A stretch of 64,000 nt of DNA. Origin: Camelus dromedarius. Taxonomy: Eukaryota. Where the stretch lies: assembly GCF_036321535.1 (NCBI RefSeq), contig NC_087437.1:47308001-47372000 (forward strand), read 5' to 3'. Every line of letters starts with the position of its first letter. The stretch's first letter is position 1. Positions 10,960 through 25,049 of the stretch are shown piece after piece. The notes beneath the pieces were generated by a model. That model was not told the origin of the DNA, did not search any database, and saw only the letters and a list, made by a program, of their open reading frames with translations. A program made the position numbers and the translations under genes.

Positions 10960-12769
10960 GTAAATCACTGGAACTCTGGGGGCTTTTCAGAATCATTTGA
11001 CCCAACTACCCAGAGAGGATGCCAGTGGGAAATCATTGGGCAATTGAGCTTTGTATTTTGCAAGTGTTAATGTGGATGTGTTCTACATTGAGGGAACAGG
11101 GTTTCAGACACTTTGGCCTTCATCCTCCTTGCACTCTCCATGCTCACTCCTACAACAGCAAAGGCTGTTCTCTGTTAGAAATGCCCTTTACACGTGCACA
11201 TATACATACTCGTCACTTAGCTAGCTCCACCTCTGCCTTTAGATAGGCATTCAGTCAGACTTTTCACCATCCTCTTGACCAGCACAGACTGTGTGTTGTA
11301 CTCTCCCTTGAATTTTCCCCATCTACCACTGTACCTAGCACATAGTAATTACTCAATAAATACTGAACTGGAGTGATGAAAACTGCAGTTCAAGGCACTA
11401 GACATATGGTAGAGAAGGAAAACAAAAACTAAGAGAGAATGAAAAAAAGAATAGACAAGTTCATGGAACTCTCAAACTTCTTGGAAGAAGAGCCTGAGTC
11501 AGGGAGAAATGGGGGAATAAGAAAAAAGATTAAAAGGCAAAGGCAGTGTTAATAAAAGACAAAATGACAATTATGCAGCTCAAAATAGCCTTTCAACTTG
11601 GGAGTAAATGCATTCATAAAATTATCTAGCCATTTTTAAATATTTGGTTTCTTTTTTTTTTTTTTTCTGAGTTTCTCTCTTTCTTATTGAGCTGGTACTA
11701 TTGCTTGGGTTTGCTGAAGCTAAATTTTAAACAGAACTTCCTATACCAACATATTGCAACTTAAGCAAGGCTTACCTGCATGCAGAATCTGACAGAAACC
11801 AGAATTGATAAATGGTGTTGGGCATAAGAAGAAGGATCTGAGGGAGGTTTACTTGAGTATGAGTTTTGAGAGCTGGTATTCCTATTTTTCCTTTTAAAAA
11901 TCTGTATTTACCTACAGGTAAAATTCTTTAAAAATTCTGAAAGCAATATTGTTTTTCACAATAATTATATACTACAGCAAAAATTCAGAAGCAACTTCAA
12001 TATACACAATAGAAAATCTGTTAAATAAATCATGGACTATAATATATTACTTAACACTTAAAAATGTTTTGACATAATATTAACTGAAAAATCAAGTTGA
12101 AAAATTACATACAAACTATAATTTCAGCCACAAGAAAAAAAATACATAGGAAAAAGCCTGGCAGGAAAAGTATGTTTTTCACTCCTCCATTTTCTAAATA
12201 CTTTGTAATATGTTATATTATCTTAATTATGGAAAAAATAATATAATGTTTAAATTACAGCTCAGAAGGCAACTAGTGTTTGAACAAAGTCTTGTTGCTC
12301 ATCATGACACAAGCAGATCAACTGAAAATTTTCTCTTTGTTTATCTCTAGGTTTTCACATGCTTTTTCTCAATGCTTAATCAAGTTATTTTCATTTGCTT
12401 TCAAGCAACTAAGTTGAATCATCTTTCAGCAAGATCTTTACCATAAAACTGTGTCATTTTAAAATTTCATATTTTGTGGAATTTTGTGAAAAAAAGTTTA
12501 CTACCAGTGATGGTGCAGAACGGCAGAGATTTTGTTGCCCTACAAGAATACTATAACTGTCAATGGCCAGTCCTCCTTAGATTCTGAAGGTTTCATCAGA
12601 GCAGGTGAAGCATGATGTATTTGTTTCACCTTCTATTTATTCTCACTGAGTAATTAAATGCATTCTGCTATATATACATATATATTTTACAAACAAAAGA
12701 ATTAACAGTTAAGAAGCAATTACTGTGCGCTACATGTTTTCCTAAACTGCCCTCTTCTAATTTACAAGA

Positions 12770-12885
12770 TAGAGATTAGTATGCCATTTTACAGATGGGG
12801 AAGCTGAGGCTTAGAGAGTTTAAATAACTTCCAAGGGTCCAACAACTAGCCAGTGATGGAATCAAGATTTAAACCCAAGGCTGTA
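12770..12885 (-). mobile_element. MIR SINE
   Basis: CCATTTTACAGATGGGGAAGCTGAGGCTTAGAGAGTTTAAATAACTT. Confidence 0.8.
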
Positions 12886-14169
12886 CTCTCTCCCCTGCAC
12901 CCCATGGCTTACATAGGCCCTTGTCAAACATGAGATATTTGGAGCAGCAGTAAACAGCCAAGCCCACAAGGGGAAAACTGTGTTAAAGTGGAGCTGAAAA
13001 TTGTATATCAAAGGAGATAATAAATATGTGAATTTGATATATTGGCAATATTTGTGGAGTTAAAAGAAGTAATTAGCTTCATATTCAGCACCAATAAGAT
13101 TCCATAAAACTCTTAAATTACTACTTTTATGTTTTTATATTCAAAGCATGATTTCAGCAACTATGGGATTTTAAATAATTAAAATATTGACTACAAACAA
13201 ATCAGTTTCAGCAAGCTTTATTTATGGGATGGGGATGCCAAGGCTTATGAAACTAATCTGCATGACTTTGGCCTACAGTGTCAAAGACACATGGAAAAAC
13301 AGCCAACAAATAAAGCAACAGAATCTACCACTAAGTCAGTATGCTTAGTTTGTTGTTGGTTCATTTGTCCATACCTCTTTCTTGACCACAATTTCATCTT
13401 CACTGCCTAATTCTCAGTCTTGTAGAACAAGACTCAGGTTTTAAAATTGACTTCTCTGCTTAAGATACTCTTGGTGGCAATAATCATGGTGATAAGGAAG
13501 ATGATGGTGGCTGATAATAAATCTAGATAATTAAGGTCCTCAAGTTAATTATTCAGAAATAAATTAACTAGATTTCTGGAAGCACTGCCCAGAATGGCTC
13601 GTAATTGTTCTACCCTAAGTTTCTTATTCTGCAAACCTGGCCTCTGTATGTCCAGCTTCTTCAGCTGTGTTCCCCCAGAAATCCCAGAGGCCAGGCAGTC
13701 AAAAATCCTCAGCTCCATTCCATACTGCCTATTGTGAGACCAGAGCCAAACTTGTCAGGATATTGGCTTCCCTGGGATTCCTTAAGAGATGGAACATCAG
13801 AAAACCAGCTTACAGACAGGTAGAGAAATAAGTGGAAGCAAAAGTCCACTGAAAATTCTGAAACCTAATTTTTATAGCTCAAGGGAAGTTGAAGTCAATT
13901 TTGTATTTTTTCCATGATTTTAATTCAAAGACAGTCCTTTTTCTATATATGCAAAACACTGGTTTCTATCCTTAGCCTCCATTCCACAACCCCAGCAAGA
14001 TGAAGAAATACTTTTTCTTCTCTGAACAAACCTCCTTGTTAGGTGAGCCGATGTTAATTTTTAAATTGCAGGAGGCAAATAAAACAACAGCAGCAATAAC
14101 TAATTTAAAAATTAAAGAAGAGAGAGGTTATTGGCCAAAGATATTATGGCTGAGTGTTTATCAAATATT

Positions 14170-16800
14170 CTTTGGATTGCTTTTATTAAATACTGAATTG
14201 ATACAAAGGAAAATTTATCACATGTTAACATACAGAGAATGATGGCATAATAAACATATGAGTACCCTTCATTAAGTTTAAAGAATAAACCAATCAGAAT
14301 TTCTGAAGCCCTTGAGATGCTTCCCTAATAGCATCCTCCTCCCCATCCCAGCCCCCGTCCAGAGATAACTACCCTCCCGAATTTTGTTTATTATTCCCTT
14401 GCTTTTCTTCATGAGTTTGTCACATTTTTATGCTTAAACAATATATTATTTACTTCTGAATGTTTGGAGATTTTATATAAATGGAATCATACCATATGAA
14501 TTGCTCTGCAACTTACTTTTTCTGCCAAACATTATGGTCCCATGATTTATCAGTGCTGATATAAGTAGCTGTAACTCATTTTCACTGCTGTGTAGTGCAC
14601 CATTATATAACTATACCACCAGTTATTCTACCAGTCTATTGCTAATAGACATTGGTGTTATTTCCAGTTCTTTTTGTACTAACAATGCTGCTATAATACT
14701 TCCCGTGGATGTCTCTTTGTACACATGTACAAACATTCCTCAGGATACATACCTAACTTGGGAATGGTTGGTTCAAAAGTACACACAGCTTCCACTTCCC
14801 CAGGCGATGCCATCACTTTCCAAAGCAGCTGCAGATGTGACTTCATTGCTCTGGCTTTTTTGAGTTTTAAATTTCAACAATCCAGAGGGTTTGTGCTTTC
14901 AATTTCCATTTTTCAAATTAGTAGTTAAGACTGAACCTAGTCCTTTTCTGTGACATGCCTGTTCAAATAGGTGGCCCATTTTTCTACTGGAGTTTTGTTC
15001 TTTTTCTTATTGACTTGTACGAATTCTTTACAAAAGTCTGGGCTTTTTTTACTTAAAATTTTTTAATGGAGGATAGAATAGTAACCATTGAGAATGGTTG
15101 AAAACAAAATGAGAGAACTGGAAGATAAAGTGAAAGAAATAGCTTAAAACCCAGAGGAAAAGTATAAAGAGATGGTAATTGTGAAAGGAAGGATTGGAAA
15201 GTTACATGTGAATGTTTAGAGCCCAGGAGAGGGAAAGAGATGGAGGAAAGATATAACAGAGATTTCCTTTTCTGACAGTACAGTAGACTAAATACTCAGA
15301 CCAGCCCTCCTGCAGCAACAATTTAAAATGCTGTATAAACTATTCAAAACGTGTATAAAAGTTTCTATTAACCCTTTGTTTATCGTGTGCAAATAGCTTC
15401 TCCTAGTTTACCTGTGTTTTCACTTTCTTTATGATGTCTTTTCATGAACATATGTTTTTAATTTTAACGTGTTCTCAGCAATTATTTGTAACATTTTGAA
15501 ATACCCTCCTACTCCTTTACAGTTTTCTTAATATTTTGTAGGTTTGCCTTTCATAATTAAGTCCTTAATCATCTGAAGTTGACTTCTGTGTGTGGTGTGA
15601 AGTAGGTACCCAGTTTTTTCTGTATGGATAACCAATTGCCCAGCACCTTTTGTTGGATGGTTTATCCTTTTCCCAATGATCTAAAAGTATACATCTACCA
15701 TATTTAGGTTTCCACATATGCATGGATATGGATCTCTAGCCTGTCCCACTGATCAATTTTGTCTACCTCAGAAAAACACCACACTTGAGCTTACAAACTT
15801 TAGCATTAGAATACATCTTGATATCTGGTAGAAAAGTTGCTCACCTTGTTCTTTTGTAGTAAGGAGTGTATTTGCTATCCTGAGATGTTTGCACTCCCAT
15901 ATAAACTTTAGAATCAGCTTATCCAATCGGCTACCATACTTACCAGAAAAACCCTGGTGATTTTTATTGGAATTTTATGAAAGCTATTAATTAATTTGCA
16001 GTAAATAGGCATCTTTGTCACCAAGTCTTTCTCTGAATGAATATGATTCTCTGAATGATTTGTATAATATAGGTAGAACTCACCTATAAATGATTAAGTG
16101 GTATTTCCATTATAAGGATATTTTAAATCTGTGATTCAATTTTTTAATGATTTAGAACTATTTAGATTTTCTAGTTATTTCTGAAGCAGCTTCAATAAGC
16201 AATATATTTGTAAGAATTTGCTATATATTTAATTTAAATTATATATCAAAGCTTTCAAATGTCTTGCTATAAGATTGTTTTTAATATCTTCTATTATCTT
16301 CTAATCCATTCTGTATCTGTACTTATGGTTTTCAAATTCCTGATATTTATTTGAGCCTTCTCTAATTTTTCTTATTCTCATCAGAGGTTTGTCTGTTCCA
16401 TTAGTCTTTTCAAAAAATTAACTTTTGATTTCAATAATTCTTTAATATAGTACTTCTTTTATTTCATTTATTTCTGCTCATGTTTATTATTTCCTCCCTT
16501 ATACTTTATTTTAATATGTTCTATTAATCTATTTATAACTTCCTAAGTTGGGTGCCTAGCACATTAATTTTCAGACTTTATTGTTATCTAATATAAACAT
16601 TTAAGACTATGTCATTCTATCTATGTATTGCTTTAGCTACATTCCACTAATTGGTCTATAGTGTTTTTAATTATTCACTTCTAAATGTATCCTAATTTCT
16701 ATCATGTTTTATTCTCTGACCCATGAGTTCTTTGGAACTATATTGTCATTTCCATGTATAGAGTCATCCTAGTTATTTTTTTGTTAATTATTTCTACTAT
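14170..16800 (-). mobile_element. Old degenerate L1 (L1M-type) fragments, with a short opposite-strand L1 ORF1-like piece at ~15060-15360
   Basis: T-rich reverse ORF2/3'UTR motifs (TATAAATGGAATCATAC, CCCATATAAACTTTAGAATCAGCTT). No intact ORF. Confidence 0.7.
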
Positions 16801-18749
16801 TGTTGCACTAGAATCAAATAATGAGATGAGTATAAAGGCAGTACTTCTCAAAGGCTCTTTAGGTCATAAGAACAACGTAACTTATCTGAATGGTAAGTTT
16901 ACATAATTTCCTGTTTCCTTCCCTATTTTTCACTAAAAACTTTTATCAAATTTAATGTGCTAATAATCAAGTAAAAAGAAATGAGACTTAGAAATTAAGA
17001 TATCATTGGGAAATTGATCTGATAAGTTAAATGCAGGAATAAAAAGAAATAAATCCAACTTTTGTTTCCATAATTTTGCTCTCATCCTTATTCTCTTCTC
17101 CATAAAATATTATAAGACATCCTGTGAATTAATAAATTGACAATAATAACATTAGGTTCACAGACCAAACCCCTCTTGTTAATGACTATATTATGTGTGA
17201 CTGTCATTTGTTCCCAAAAGCACATTTCTCCCAAAGAAATGTATGCCTTAAAAGATCAAAAACAGAATAATAATTAAACTGATCAAATTGCACCATATAA
17301 ATATATACTCACTAGCTCAAAGAAAAACCATGAAATCTGGAACTAACAGAGGATGAGGAAACCCATACAAAGAAGCACATCTCAAAAAACATAGAAAACT
17401 GATGGCCAGAAGGCAGAAAATGTCTGTTTTAATCAACATCACTCCCAGCTCTGCCACATGAGGTTACAGGTTGTGTTCCTGGGGCAGGGATACATAGCAA
17501 CTCTGCCTGTTTAAGCTCAGCTGGCATTCAGCAATCCATTGACCCAAAGATTCACCTCATAGGATCTAACAGAAGGCACTTTTCCTTGAAGTCTGGAAAC
17601 TACAGCTCTCAGTGCTTGAAAACCTTGAAATTTTTCTAGAAAGAATAGTAACTGTGTTAGTGGTAGCATCCAGTGGCCACTGATAGTAAGAGAGAAGCCA
17701 AGAGTCTGTTCTAGCCATGGTTCTCTGATTTATTTGGTTTTGCTTGGCCATTGAGCCTCCTTGTGCTGGCTGTCTCACAACTAAACATACTGAAGCCATT
17801 TTTAGCCCAAAAAGGAGCATACTCCTAATAAATGCAAGGGACTGAGCCTACAAAGATGAATGTGGTCTGGCTCCAATTCTTGAGCAGCTCAATATTCACT
17901 AGGCCAGAGAGGCATAAATACAAATATCCCGTCTGTTAAGTATTATGGTCAGATTTCTGAAAGGCTTTCCCCAAGATGTGTCAGATATACATAATTCTTT
18001 ATTCGTACCTTCCCTCCTTTTTCCTACACCTGCCAGTGCCCTTCACCTCTCTACAGCTTCAGGACCCACTGCAGACCTGTCTTCCTGCCCTCTCTGAGTT
18101 CAAATACCTTTGCTGACTTTTGTTTCTCCGACTACCTAAAGAGTCTCATTAAAACCCAGTGTTCATGGTTACTTCTGTACACAAATGATGGCCAGATTTA
18201 AATTTTCATCTCCTCTACCACTGCTTTTTTTTCAACCCCTCTTTATCTAATACCTGAAATGCTGAGAGGGTTTCAGAAACAGTCTCTTAGCCTCCGGATG
18301 TTAAACCACTCCACACAATCAATTGCACTAAAGTGAGTGAGCTTTTCAAAGTACAAATCTAATCACAGCACTTTCTTGCTTCAATTCTTTTAGTGGCTCC
18401 TCTAATTTCAGAAGACACAAAATCCTTTATCTCTGGCCACTACCTATCTAACCAGCCTACCTACCATCCCCCACCACTGGATCCTAGATTCCAACCACAC
18501 TCAGCTACCCTATTCTCTCACATTCTGCCTGGATACTATTCCCCTCACAATTGTTTGCTCATTGGAAATTCAATCCAGTCTATTATAGGATCCTTAACCA
18601 TCACCACTTAAACCAAATTATGGCCATCTTGGTTTAATTAAGCATGAATTAAAACTACATTCATGCTCATAAATCACAGTCCTGAGTCAATTTATCTATC
18701 ACCCATCTACTGAATGCACATTTCAAGGAATAACCAATACAGCGATAGA

Positions 18750-19810
18750 CAATTTGCCTAAAGCCAATTTGCCAAATACTGATCCATTTGTCAGTTGATC
18801 TTTATGGTGAATTTATCAAATTTAGTTATGTACCAAAAACTTTGTTTAATCATTGTAACCTTACATAGTTTTGTGAATTAGCTGGGACCAAAAAGGCTGC
18901 AGCGGGGCCAAATTTAGGGCCTTCAGACCCTTTTCCTCTGTCTTTTGGTCTCTGCAGCCATTATCCCTCCATCTCTCTGCTCCTCTGCCTCTCCCTCCTT
19001 GTGTCCCAGATGCCCCACCCCATGCCCTACTGCTCTCTCTGCTCCTTGGTTCCTCTCTGCTCCTGGTTTCCTCTCTGCCCCTGGGTTCCCCCTCTCTAGG
19101 ATCAGCACACCAGACTGCATCATGCTGATTCTGATCTTCAACTTTCCCCTGGCAGAGGGTCTCACCATTCTTAATCAGATCCCTTCTGTTCCAATAACAG
19201 GACAAGAGCAGAGACATATTAAACATTTTGTTATAAGGACAAAATAAAGCTGTTCAAACAGAACTTCACAGAAACTTCAAAAAGCTGTTAAAAATTCCCA
19301 TCCAAAATCGATTACCACAACCTTATGAATGGTTAAGAGAAACAAATCTTGGTTAATTGATAAAGCTGCCAAATCTATCAAAGTAGTCACAATGTGAAAT
19401 TTGCCACAAGAATCTCAGTGATGCTAAAATGTTAGCAAAACAGCAAATGACTCTAAAATAGACTTGGAAAAAAATCACCATAAACTGAAAGGCTCCCACA
19501 TGAAATGCTAAATTTTTGTTATATCTATTAGAAGAATGTATTCATAAACATATTCAAGAAAGATATATCTATGAATGTATTCATAAGAAGGATATACTTT
19601 ATAATTATATTTTTAAAATATCATCTTAAACTATTCAAAGGAAAATGTATCCAAATTAATTTACTATACTTACAACAATGCTCCCTAAAATAAGTCTTTG
19701 TTAAATCTGTGATAAAGTGGGCATATTACTCCTTTAGCCAAGTGATCCTTCAATAGATTGGCAAATTGGCTAATCTTGGTGCATTAGTTCAGTAACTGAT
19801 TCTTTGGCAG
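18750..19810. mobile_element. Possible ancient TIR DNA transposon remnant
   Basis: AGCCAATTTGCCAA at ~18762 is inverted to TTGGCAAATTGGCT at ~19758, with similar motifs clustered at both ends. Confidence 0.35.
19034..19096 (+). repeat. Short tandem repeat, ~18-bp unit x3.5
   Basis: CTCTCTGCTCCTTGGTTC / CTCTCTGCTCCTGGTTTC / CTCTCTGCCCCTGGGTTC. Confidence 0.75.
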
Positions 19811-21297
19811 ATCAGCCCCCAGCACATTGACTTGCTTCCTTTTTGTGCTCCTCTCCAAAAGTCTCATTACAGTGCGTTGTAATGATAGGTATCTCACCCA
19901 GCTCCCTCAGGACAGCTCTAATTCATACTTGGTATTCCCCAGAATTTGGCACAGTATGTTTCATCTTATGAAGACTTAAAGATGTTGACAAATGAATAAA
20001 CGAATTAATAAATGACTTTTACCCTGCCTTAACATGAATACATTTCTTCCTGTCAGCTAAATATCAAGAGAATCTGAATTTAAATGGATGAAGGCCAAGG
20101 GGGAAATTTTTTCTTTCACATTTTACTCTTTATACCCATGTTTGTATATGCATAACCTCATACATAATTTGCTTATGAGCCACAGGACTAATGTCAAACT
20201 TTAAGAAACTATCCAAATATGGAGCTTGAAATAAAACTGCAGTGTGTTGATTTTTGCCTGGGGTAAAAATCAAGTTTTATTGGATAATTAGTTTTTTATG
20301 CAAAATATTTTGTTATACTTGGTTTTGCCTTGTAGTTTTATTAGTAACTCACATTCTCCAAAGGAATTTGGGCAGAATGCTCCCTGCATATGTAGAAAAG
20401 ATTGTCAACAAGTATAAATGTTGATTTGTATCCACCGTATTGATTCATGGTTCACCAACAGAGCTTAAACATACAGCCTTGCCAGGACATGCCAAGGCTA
20501 GATCTGCTTCAGACTTATAAATCCAAATTCCTGCTCTATACCTACTGTTGAAAATCTCCTGTATTCAAAACTGAATTTGTAGTCATGCCCCAGACTCATA
20601 ATTCCTCCTGAGAGCTCTACTTCAGTGAAATATACTAGCCTTCATTCCCTTATTTCTAATCCCCCAACACCCCTTTTTAAATAGATTCACAGAGAATAGA
20701 CACAAAGAGCCAAAGGAAGATGAACAATCCATTCTGTTAGTAGTGGTACAGTAACCTTCAAAGTACACGGCTTCCTAGTATGAAGGGTGATGTTTAGGCC
20801 TGAGGCCCAAAATACAGCATGGTGATCCTTCCCCCTATCTTTGAAGGGAACTGAGCATGGGAGGGACACCTCGCTAACCCACTTAGTCTTAAACTGTGGA
20901 CACTCCCATCCCTAACTGGGGCTTATTACCTGGAGATGGGAAAGCCAAAGCACACCAGGCCTGAACAAAAGCAAGTCCAAAAGGATGGGGAAAACAATGT
21001 GCCTCCCATGAACAGTGTACCTTCAAACTCACCCAAAATGTAGACAGGGCCTCTGACTGTCAGACTTTGGTCTATTTCACCAGTCAGATTAGTCAGTCCT
21101 CACCTGAGCTCAGGACACTATGTTTTGGGGGAATGAAACTATAAATACACAATCCGCCTCTCCATTCTTAGCCAGGGCAGCAAAAATCCCCTCTTAGGAA
21201 CCTGAAGGGCAGGGAAATAAGGATCCCTGTTTTAAAACCCTCTACCATTTCCCTAGTTGTCCAAGTCAAATTCTTGGGCATAAATCTAAACTACATC

Positions 21298-22255
21298 TTT
21301 TTTTTTTTTAATATTTTTTATTGAGTTATAGTCATTTTACAATGTTGTGTTAAATTCCAGTGTAGAGCAGTTTTTCAGTTATACATGAACATACATATAT
21401 TCACTGTCACATTTTTTTTTTTGCTGTGAGCTACCAAATGATCTTGTATATAATTCCCTGTGTTATACAGTATAATCTTGTTTATCCATTCTGCATATAC
21501 CTGTCAGTATCTACAAATTTTGAAATCCCAGTCTGTCCCTTCCCACCCCTCGCCCCCTTGGCAACCACAAGTTTGTATTCTATGTCTATGAGTGTCTGTT
21601 TCTGTTTTGTATTTATGTTCTTTTTTTTTTTTTTTTTTTTTAGATTCCACATATAAGTGATCTCACATGGTATTTTTCTTTCTCTTTCTGGCTTACTTCA
21701 CTTAGAATGACATTCTCCAGGTCCATCCATGTTTCTGTAAATGGCATTATGTCATCATTTTTATGGCTGAATAGTATTCCATTGTATAAATATACCACTT
21801 CTTCTTTATCCAGTCATCTGTTGATGGACATTTAGGCAGTTTCTGTGTCTTGGCTATTGTAAATAGTGCTGCTATGAATACTGGGGTGCAGGTGTCTTTT
21901 TGAAGTAGGGTTCCTTCTGGATATATGCCCAGGAGCAGGATTCCTGGGTCATATGGTAAGTCTATTCCTAGTTTTTTGAGGAATCTCCATACTGTTTTCC
22001 ACAGTGGCTGCACCAAACTGCATTCCCACCAGCAGTGTAGGACGGTTCCCTTTTCTCCACAGCCTCTTCAGCATTTGTCATTTGTGGACTTTTGAATGAT
22101 GGCCATTCTGGCTGGTGTGAGGTGATACCTCATTGTAGTTTTGATTTGCATTTCTCTGATAATTAGTGATATTGAGCATTCTTTCATGTGCCTATTGATC
22201 ATTTGTATTTCTTCCTTGGAGAATTGCTTGTTTAGGTCTTCTGCCCATTTTTGGA
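21298..22255 (-). mobile_element. Young lineage-specific L1, non-inverted 3' segment (ORF2 C-terminus, 3'UTR, poly(A))
   Basis: T-tract at 21298-21309. ORF 21747..22016(-) [15 protein letters not shown]...WYIYTMEYYSAIK is the L1 ORF2p C-terminus. TSD CTAAACTACATC at 21286-21297. Confidence 0.95.
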
Positions 22256-23322
22256 ATTCAGCAAGGTAGCAGGTTAAAGATTAATGATCAAAAATCAGTT
22301 GCATTTCTTTACACTAATGATGAATCAACAGAAAAAGAAAGTAAAGAAACAATCCCCTTTAAAATAACACCCAAAGTAATAAAATATCTAGGAATAAATC
22401 TAACCAAGGAGGTGAAAGACTTATACACAAAAAACTATAAACCATTGATGAAGGAAATTCAAGAAGACTTAAAAAAATGGAAAGATATCCCATGCTCCTG
22501 GATTGGAAGAATCAATATTGTTAAAATGGTCACACTGCCCAAGGCAATCTACAGATTTAATGCAATCCCTATCAAATTACCCAGGACATATTTCACAGAA
22601 CTAGAACAAATCATAATAAACTTTATATGGAACCACAAAAGACCTAGGACCTAAAATTGCCAAGCATTACTGAAGAAAAAGAAAGAGGCTGGAGGAATAA
22701 CTCTTCCAGACTTCAGACAATACTATAGGGCTACACTAATCAAGACAGCATGGTATTGGTACAAAAACAGACATACGGACCAATGGAACAGAACAGAGAG
22801 CCCAGAAGTGAACCCACAAACTTTTAGTCAACCAATCTTCAACAAAGGAGGCAAGAATATACAATGGAATAAAGACAGTCTCTTCAGCAAATGGTGTTGG
22901 GAAAACTGGACAGCAACAATGTAAATTAATGAAGCTAGAACACTCTCTTACACCATAAACAAAAATAAACTCAAAATGGATCAAAGACTTAAATATAAAG
23001 ACAAGATACAATAAACCTCCTAGAAGAAAACACAGGCAAAACATTATCTCGTATATATTTCAAAAATGTTCTCCTAGGGCAGTCTACCCAAGCAATAGAA
23101 ATAAAAACAAGAATAAACAAATGGAACCTAATTAAACTTACAAGCTTCTGCACAGCAAAGGAAACCGTAAGTAAAACAAAACGGCAATCTACAGAATGGG
23201 AGAAAATTTTTGCAAACGATGAAACCAACAAAGGCTTGATATCCAGAATATATAAGCAGCTCATACAACATAATAAGAAAGAAACAAACAACCCAATCCA
23301 AAAATGGGCAGAAGACCTAAAC
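22254..23322 (+). mobile_element. Same L1, inverted 5' segment (ORF2 post-RT region)
   Basis: ORF 22412..22654 [35 protein letters not shown] copy at 23317-23328. Confidence 0.95.
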
Positions 23323-23329
23323 TACATCC

Positions 23330-24065
23330 TTTTTCTCACATCCTCACCATCTACTATATTCTCTCAATCAGCAAATCCAGAAGTTGTATCCACTAGATAT
23401 TTCTACATACATCTTTTTCTTTCCATCTATTCTACCTCAGTCTGATCCAGCCCTCATCATCCTTTGCCAACACTACACTAATAATCCCATAATTCTTCCT
23501 AATTTAAATCTGGTTCCATCTGTAATCTGATCTCCACCCTGCAGGCAGAGTGATCAATCTGAAACTCAGTTCTGACCATGTCACTCTCTGCCAGCTTCCC
23601 ATTAACTATAGGATAAAGATCTTTAAATTACTTACAAAACCCTTTATGACCTACTACCTTCCCAAACTCATCTGCCCCACTTCCTCTGTCCCACACTCAT
23701 CCCAGGAATAGTGAAATTTGTGTAGTTTCTGTTAGTCACCACACAGTTGCAAATCTCCACCCTTTTGTTTATGTGATTCCTTCTGTCCGAAATACCCTTG
23801 ATTCCCTGTCTCGTTTGTTTAGATCTGATTCATCCTGAAGATTCTGTTTAAGGCATTTCTCCTCCAGGAAGCCTTTTGTAACCTTTTTGCTCCCTGTCCT
23901 GCTCCCTCAAGCTGGGAAAACTACTCCTTTACTTTACTGATTCTATAAATGGCTCCTTCATTGAATTTACTACCCTATGTTGATACATTTTTATGTCAGT
24001 CTTCCTTTTGGCTAGGGACCATAGCCTCAGTAAGTAGAGGTTACCAGCACTCAAGGTAAGTTTGT
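23330..24065 (+). mobile_element. L2 fragment interrupted by the L1 (continues from ~21240-21297)
   Basis: CTCCACCCTGCAGGCAGAGTGATC...CTGACCATGTCACTCT and CTCCTCCAGGAAGCCTT motifs. Confidence 0.65.
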
Positions 24066-25022
24066 GGACTTTTACTGAACTTTTTGTTCCTCCAAATCAT
24101 TCATTCATTCTTTATCTATTAATCCAATTATCATCTATTGATGAATTACATGAGTATGTCCCACCTCACTCACTCACTTTCATTTTGCTGAGTAATATCC
24201 TGATTTCCCAGATGTGTTTTAGCCTGTGTGGAAACCAATCATGTTTCCTCTTCTCTACACATTCCAGAGCACATGAAGAACATTTGTTAACCATTTCCAA
24301 ATTGTGATTTGTTTTTAAATTACTCACTTGAATCATTTTTATATGCTGCTTGTTCTAGTGACATAACTGACTGATTACACTGTGTCTCTTTTATGGGTAT
24401 AGACTGACATAAGTAATGTGGTGTGACAGCCTACTACTCTGGAATTGAGACTATTGCTCCCTCCTTGCTGGCTTCCACCTGCAGGAAATGCAAATCTCAA
24501 TGTTAGCCACCGGAATTAAATACATTTTGATAAATAATAACAGCAAAGTAGCATCAGATTACTATTTTACAGCAAGTCTTTGAAACCACTCAGACTCAGC
24601 CTGTCTCTTCTTGCTTCAAAAACCTGGCTTTAGCTGTGAATGGGCACTGATTTATTTTTTTTCATTCAGGTTCATAAAGGATCAAGTTTAAGAGCTTTGA
24701 TATATCCTACATTTCCAAAGAAAATCTCAGAAAAGAATAGGAACTTAGACATGGGTGGTGGCCAGCCCACAGAAGTCAAAAGCAGGGCAGGCCAGCTGGT
24801 CCAGGGGCATTGGGCTTGGGAGCTGGAGAGTAATGAAAAAGATGGACTCTTAGAGATTCTGGCCATGAGAGGGAGTGGCCAAGAGTGAGTGAGGGTGGGA
24901 GGCAGCCAGGAAAGACATGGCCATGAAAAGATGAGGAACAAAGCCTCTATTTAGCTATGATTCTTACACTACAGAGGCCCCTCAAGTAAGATTTGTATTA
25001 ACTATTTCATGAAGAGAACTAA

Positions 25023-25049
25023 ATCATCATCATCATCATCATCATCATC
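25023..25049 (+). repeat. (CAT)n microsatellite
   Basis: Direct reading. Confidence 0.9.

Noticed and set aside
18861..19247. Three overlapping ORFs with repeated peptides (EEPRSR, FLSAPG)
   Set aside because: These are a by-product of an 18-bp tandem repeat in low-complexity sequence.
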